NCBI GenBank assembly: GCA_951406725.2
Contig: OX597820.1
Coordinates: 96,286,001 to 96,350,000, forward strand
Source: Octopus vulgaris
Taxonomy: Eukaryota
Direction: 5' to 3'
Length of the DNA stretch: 64,000 nt
This document shows positions 56,498 through 64,000 of the stretch, in pieces. Within the stretch, counting starts at the first letter, position 1; every line of letters begins with the position of its first letter. A program made the translations under genes and the position numbers. A model generated the notes under the pieces. It was not told where the DNA came from and did no database searches. It saw nothing but the letters and a program-made list of their open reading frames with translations.

Positions 56498-56602
56498 TGT
56501 ATGTATGCATGTACGTATGCATATACTTGTGTACGTGAGTGTGTTTATGCATGCATGTTGTGTGTGACTAAATTACAGCAGGTATATAGCCCATTGTTTG
56601 TT

Positions 56603-57887
56603 TTGGGTTGGCAACTAAGTTCCCACCGTATTTTGAAATTTTGGAATTTATTGCGTTTTTAAATTTTGGAATTTATTTTTTTCGATAATTACATTTTTGA
56701 ATCATTTCTGAATCTATTTTGTTTGTTTTTTGTTTTGTTTTTTCTAGTTAATTTTAGTTAACTTTTGTTTATATTCAGACCATTAAAATGGAATGTCAAG
56801 TTATGACAAACAAGCCTTTTCGATACCTCCTTCTGTTTGCTTTTAATCAAGGCCCGAAAAGCTGCTCGCGACATTTGTGCTGTGTATGGAGAGGGTGTCA
56901 TAGCTGAAAGAACTACTCGTGATTGGTATGCCAAGTTCAAAAGTGGAAATTTTGACCTCAAAGACGTACCTCATTTTGGCCGTCCAGTTGAGTTCGATGA
57001 AGAGCGATTTAACCAACTTTTGCACAAAAATTCTCATCAAACGACAAGCGAACTGGCTGAGAAAATGGAATGCTCCCACACTACTATAGAGAAGCATCTT
57101 CACTCGAAGGGAAAGGTTCAGAAGTATGGAGCATGGGTTCAGCATGCTTTAAGTGACAACAAATTTCAATGAGCCACAATCTCCGCTGGTTTGCTTGCTC
57201 GTCACCGCTCAATTCATGGACACAAGCAACGATTTCTTTACCTAATCGTTACTGGTGACAAAAAATTGTGCCTGTAAATCAATATGAAGAAGCGTAAGGA
57301 ATGGCTTAGCCCCGGTAAACAAGTGACATCGCACGCGAAATAAGATCTTCATCCGTGTAAAACGATGTTGTACCAATGGTGGGACTGAGAAGGGATTATC
57401 CATTACGTATTGCTCGAACGGAACCAAACGGTCAACACGGAACTCTATGTTCAACAGATGGAAAGACTCAACACAGCTATTCAAGAAAAAAGAATTGTCA
57501 GCATGGAGTTCTTCTGCTGCACGACAACGCCCATATATCGCCAATATGACCAAGGAAGCCATTCAAACGCATGGCTGCAAAGTCCTACCACACCCACCAT
57601 ACTCTCCTGATTTGGCACCAAGGGATTTCCATCGTTTCAATCTCTTTCAAATGCTATACGCGGAGTTTCGTTCAATATTGATGCAGAATTGAGAGCGTGG
57701 TTGGATCAATTTTTCGAGACGAAATCGGATGATTTCTACCAATGAGGTATTGAAAATCATGTTGAACTTTGGGAAGTTGTAAACAACAAGAGTGAATACA
57801 ATATTGATTAATTAGTTGTTATTTTTTGTTAAACCTTTATAAAAGGTTAAATTTAAGAAAATGGCGGTAACTTAGTTGCCAACCCAA
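56603..57887 (+). mobile_element. Full-length mariner (1285 bp), inactivated transposase
   Basis: TIRs TTGGGTTGGCAACTAAGTT / AACTTAGTTGCCAACCCAA; GAWVQHAL, IVTGD, LHDNA and HPPYSPDLAPRD motifs; stops and frameshifts. Confidence 0.92.
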
Positions 57888-57927
57888 TATTATAGTACAT
57901 TGTTGTACCATTCAAAACATTTTATTC

Positions 57928-57980
<53 letters not shown>

Positions 57981-58440
57981 CTGATTGTATACGTGCGTCT
58001 ACAAGTATATATAATACAATTGACAAATTAATACCTTAAGACATTTGAAAATAACACGTCATACCTTTGCTGACGGTAGTAAAAGAAGACTCCTAAATGT
58101 CATCAATATTTTTAATGCTTCAGAACATCATCAACATCCGAGCTACTTTGCTTATAAACATCGAAACACATTTACGATTTCTTTAAACAACCAATGAGGA
58201 AAATATCTCGTCATCTAATATAACGCTTAGATTTGACAGCCAAAAACACAATTTGTATCCGGAGGTGGAATGTATCATTCACAAATTTATTTCAAAACGG
58301 GGGTTAAATATGTTTGCAAGTATCAACATATATTAATATGTATATGCATGTATACACGAGTCTATTTGCATTTATATATACATATATGATATATGAGTAG
58401 AAAAAAGAAATATATATATACATACATATATATATATATG

Positions 58441-58701
58441 TTGAAATAGAAAGATGAATTCTCTTGTTACAGATTATTCAAAAGTTTAACCGATACTTGG
58501 GTAGCAAAAATCACAGCAGAAAAAAGCACGGTTGGAGATAAGACCATTTGGTGTTGCAACCGTGTGTTGGTACGGATAATTGAAGTTTAATATTATTAGT
58601 GAATGGAAGAAATGGAGTTGAACGGAGATTGTACAGAATTCCTTTTATATATAAAAGGAATTCTGTACAATCTTCGTTCAACTCCATTTCTTCCATTCAC
58701 T

Positions 58702-58709
<8 letters not shown>
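58441..58709. mobile_element. Diverged family P1 copy ending in a spacerless 120-bp palindrome
   Basis: Homologous to 35711-35915; 58590-58709 is palindromic with one mismatch, centre TATATA. Confidence 0.85.
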
Positions 58710-58781
<72 letters not shown>

Positions 58782-59221
58782 CTGTCATATATACATATAC
58801 ATATATATATATATATATGTATATGTATATATATTTGTCAGGTCTTTGTCCTTTTTTTTTGTAGTAGGTGCTTCCATTGTAGGTAGTTGAAGTTTGGTAC
58901 AATTTAAACTTTATAAAATATGGCAATATTGTTTTAAATGGTTTTAGTAATTACTTTATTTATCCCTTTCTTAAAGTGTTCCAGCCACCCGATCTTAGTA
59001 TTTATAAGGACTTTATTTTTGTACTCCTATAAATTCATACTTAGCTTAGATAAAACAATACCGATATCTTCACAACTTAAAATAAACTGCTTAGATTATA
59101 ATTTAATTTATATATGGTTCAACGTGTTCTTTCGCCTCAGTACTCCTTTATTAAATACCAGTAAATGCCAATGATTTATCTTTATAGATACCATCTAATA
59201 AGTTAATGTTTAAGTATATAA

Positions 59222-59708
<487 letters not shown>

Positions 59709-60329
59709 ATTTCTATGTAATTTATTTTTCCTACCTCTATTGTGGTAAAATTGGGAATATACACCAAAGTATTGAAAAGAAATTATCCTTTTGTTATAAT
59801 ATTCTTCTTAATAATCTTCTTGATAACCCTAAATTTTAACTTTATACAATATGGCAATATTTTTTAAAATATTCAACTATAGTACCCCATGATAAAATTT
59901 CCCATGTATTATCACCATTGTTTTACTAGAATCTTGCCCCTTTAATTGTCAGCTAACCTCTTGATTTAAAATTTCCTTTACCAAAACTCATAACATTGCT
60001 TCAAATTAAACTTGATAGTTTTATGACTATACCCACTATGATTTCTGTCGACTCCCTCAGCCTCTTTCCCAACAGACACTGCTCCTTGTTCCTTGGCCTT
60101 AGATTTTGATATACAAAGATTTGATAAACACGACTATAGATTAAATCCGACGCCAGAAAACAGCGACAAGCTAGATCTCTAACAGGTCTTTCTTCCTGAT
60201 ACCTTAGTAGTTTCTAAGCTGGAGTGAAGACAGCATGTTCTTTGTCTATCTCCTTACCTTCTTGGAGGTTTTAGGTAAAATTATACTAATGTGTCCATCT
60301 CTTTTAATTTAATTTAATTCTATTTATTT

Positions 60330-60417
60330 ATGCAGCTGAGGATTGCTCTGCATTTAAACTGATGATATGGTTGCATTGTTCAATTAAATGGAGTCGCTTG
60401 AAACGATCGTACTGCAT
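60330..60417 (+). ncRNA. Type I hammerhead ribozyme, stem II base degraded
   Basis: AUGCAG-CUGAGGA-uu GCUC ug CAUUUAA...UUAAAUG GAGU cgcuu-GAAA-CGAUCG-U-A-CUGCAU; palindromic ACGAUCGU stem III, GUA. Confidence 0.6.
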
Positions 60418-60622
60418 TACCTCTGAATATCCTGTTGCTTATTTTGATATGCATACACACACACACACATACATATATATGTGTGTGTGTGTGTGTGTCA
60501 GTATGTGTGTGTGTGTGTGTGTGTGTGTGTACATATAATTATTAATATTAGGGAATTTATTTCCGACTCCCCAGGGGAGAGAAATTCAATTTGGTGGTAC
60601 TAAAACTAATTTCCCACTGTAT

Positions 60623-60718
<96 letters not shown>

Positions 60719-61089
60719 ACCACCGACAAGCAACTCAATCAACATTGAACGACATTATCTATGATAGAGATATATAAAATTAAATATTATCAGCTTAATA
60801 CCTGCAATTACTATTCTGAATCATGTACATTAGATAGACTACGCGCGTTTCATGACAATATATCTATCGATATTGCTAAAATAGAAGGTTTCGAAATTCA
60901 ATACTATATCGATCCTACTATACTGTCAATCTTCCAGTCAGAACTATATACAACTATTTTACAAATTATAATCTATATAGAGACATGATAAATTAAAATT
61001 ATACATTTAGAAATCATCGAAATAATTTACCTTTACTAAAAAGAACAAAAATAAAGAATGAAAAATAGGAAAAATAATCTTTAACTATA

Positions 61090-61267
61090 AAGTCCCTTTA
61101 CTCGCCGCGAATTAATCATGGCTACTGAATGACCGACGTATATTCCATCCTTTAGAGCTACGGTGTAGGGGAGATAATTCTTATTAACATTTAAGAGTAC
61201 TTTTCTGCATGGAGTATATGTTGGTCATTCAGTAGCCATGATTAATTCGTGGCGAGTAATGGGACTT
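61090..61267. mobile_element. MITE-like inverted repeat (59-bp arms)
   Basis: 61090-61148 vs 61209-61267, about 5 mismatches. Confidence 0.7.
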
Positions 61268-62541
61268 ATCAAAAAGATAAGTTAAAGTGACAATAACTAC
61301 ATACATCTCTATTAAATTTAGGTTACGTCGTTATTCACTCCCAACGTACAAATCCGAATTTACTGATGGTCACTAAATGTAACAAAGCAACAGTGTGTAG
61401 AGCAAGTCTCATTTTTATTTACCAATTTATAAGGATTCGTTTATCCTCCATTATACAATGCTTTTGTTATTAGCGAATACTAAGCCAAGTTTCAAAATTT
61501 GTTTGTTTAATGGAATAAGCTTGACGGCCTGTCAAGGGGACTAATGTCTAGTAGATCTAGCTCTACAGAAATCTACAAATCCGACATCTGAGATTTCACA
61601 TCATATTACAAACGCAAAATCTGTTCTAATGCTAACTATAGTACTTCAATGTGGTCGCTCCAAATACTAAACCTGATAAAGAAAAGAAAATTCTAATGTT
61701 TTTGGTCCCAATTTGACCATGGTAGAACAGACAATACGTTGTTGTTTGGTCCAAATTTATCCAAATTAAACAAAATTGATCAAAGGCGTTCCAGCCATAA
61801 CTATCCGGTCTTTTCTTTCAGATATAGAGTATCTAGGACTTCGTTATCTAATATATGATTTCTTTCTTTTAACATGAATTTCTAGTTTTACAGAAAATGT
61901 ACCCTTGATCACTGAAAATGGACAGAAGCAAATGGTGAAAACGTTTGTTTATTACTGTTTTCATTACATTTCAGATACCAGAGATTGAAAGAGGTACTTG
62001 GCGGGTTTCCTTTCTTATGGATCATTCCACATATTTAGATAGATCGCTCTCTATCACTCTCTAGAGAGATAGGGAACGTGAGAGAGGAGTAGTAGGTGTT
62101 CATTCCTTGAAAAGCCCCAAATTTCTTCCAAGCAAGTAGACAGAAGCTCAAAAAATGCATTCTAGTTGTGACCTTCCAAATTATTTTAAGAAGGTAAGGC
62201 ATGATTTGAGAGAGGTTTGGCTGCTGCTCCTAACAATCGAATGCGTTTGTGACTGTGAGCGAAATGTATTTGGAATAGAGACTTTGAGAAATATTCTTAC
62301 GTGTATATTATGTACAATTTCAATGTAAACCGGATGGCAAATGTCTTATACAGAAGTACATTTGCTGGGTAGTAGTAAGGAGGAGTCTTCAAAGTTATTC
62401 ATTGCAAATAAGAACCGATTACAATTTAACTTTATAGTAGATCACCAAAAAGTACCTAGAAGTCACCTTTCCAGGATCAGATATTCATGAAAAGGTGCTA
62501 TTTTTGTTCAGTTCCTGTGGGTATCCCATCTTTTTGGATAT

Positions 62542-62630
<89 letters not shown>

Positions 62631-63418
62631 CATATATATATATATATGCACATATGTATGTATATATATTTATATATATATATATATATAATATATATAT
62701 ACACACACATTTAGTTTTATGTTGTTTATAAATTATTTTTTAATAAGCACAATGTATTTAAGTATCACATTATCGACTGCGTCCTTTTTGCGCCAATACG
62801 GTTGAATGTCATTTAAAGGAAACTAGACTACTATTTCTACTAAGCCAAGTGGCGATGTAGAATCTTCCCCGTTGGCTTACACAAACTTTACCGTGAAAGC
62901 TCTCTCGGTCACCTGTACCTGTGTTGAAGTGGTAGCAAGATACCTCTCATTATTTGGTGTCGCCCGTTACATGCACTACTATTCCACCATGTGTTGCATG
63001 CAGCATTTTCCACGTGAATATTTGCGATGTTGTGAGAGCGAACCGCTTCTAGTGTTTATATTACCAACATGTCTCTGTAGCAATAAAAACATTTAATAAT
63101 CCCTCACTTTCCCCTACCCCATACCTTTCTCTCTCTTTCTCTCTCACTCTCTCGCTATCTGCCTGTCTGCCTCTCTCCATCTTTCTCTCCGTCTCTCTCT
63201 CTCTTTCTCTCACTCTCTCCCTCTCTTTCTCTCTCTCTCCCTTTCTCGCTATTTCTCTCCATTTCTTTCTCATTTACTTGTCCCAGCTTTATTTCTTTTT
63301 TTTTTACTGTCTTCCACATTTTGTCTTTTATCTTTCTTTCCTTGTACTTTCTTTGATTATTTTTCTTTCGTTCTACGGATGGCTTTCTTCCTCAATTTCC
63401 TTCTCTTTCTTTGCTCAG

Positions 63419-63465
<47 letters not shown>

Positions 63466-64000
63466 ACACATACACACACACACACATTCATTCATTCATA
63501 CACGCTATTTACAAACAAACACGATGTTCACACACATACACTGTACACACATACGCTGTACATACATGCACACAAGTCATATGCAAACATACATACATGC
63601 ACAGATACATGCATACATACATTCACACATACGTACGTACGTTCGTACATTTATTCCTCTGTCAGTTATGTTTAAACAGTATGAATACCTGCTTAATCGG
63701 CACGTCACTATAACGCTTCTGGTAAAGACTTTTTGATATCTGAGAGCTAAATATTATTTGCTCTGCAAAGAGCAATCACACCGAGGTATCATCTATCTAA
63801 AAACACTTTCCAAAGGAATAAAACTATTCAATATAATAAACACAACTGTAAGCGACGAAGAGAAATTCTATTATACAGTCTTTACTGAAAAACCTGTGCA
63901 TGAATGAGAAATCCAGATTTTCACATCAGTAGAAATAGAAGTGAAGAATGTTATTCAATCATGTCATATTTTCAGATAATTCACATATTTTGCTGATTAT

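Noticed and set aside
61090-61267. Arm mismatches mostly G-U compatible, suggesting A-to-I edited and retroposed RNA
   Set aside because: Three of the four transitions are at CpG sites and are explained by ordinary deamination; too few sites
61945-62000. Possible 19-nt plus-strand micro-exon (TTTCAG|ATACC...GAG|GTACTT)
   Set aside because: Weak donor and no neighbouring exons; expected by chance in AT-rich DNA

Overview
AT-rich, microsatellite-saturated animal genomic DNA. The SINE families, repeat mix and composition suggest an octopus or other cephalopod (inference). I found no supportable host protein-coding exon, and nearly all short ORFs in the track are translations of simple repeats. 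The window is mostly decayed transposons: Tc1, mariner, maT/DD37D, piggyBac, a Rep-PIF1 Helitron plus non-autonomous Helitrons, (TAA)n-targeted R4/Dong-type REL LINEs, a CR1-group LINE, a solo LTR and tRNA-derived SINEs. The main unexplained signal is a set of short non-coding elements, mostly in or beside (TA)n tracts. They are built as tandem, terminally redundant or fold-back repeats and carry type I hammerhead ribozymes with tiny palindromic stem III. I could fold 11 motifs by hand from about 8 unrelated families, plus decayed ones. These include natural-looking U3-A8 and G3-C8 core covariants and a 2.4-copy 490-bp array that starts just after the predicted cleavage site. Two fold-back elements contain inverted copies of neighbouring DNA (23 bp and 430 bp). 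This resembles a Penelope-like/retrozyme system. All RNA folds are manual and untested. A possible minus-strand promoter and first exon lies near 30 kb.
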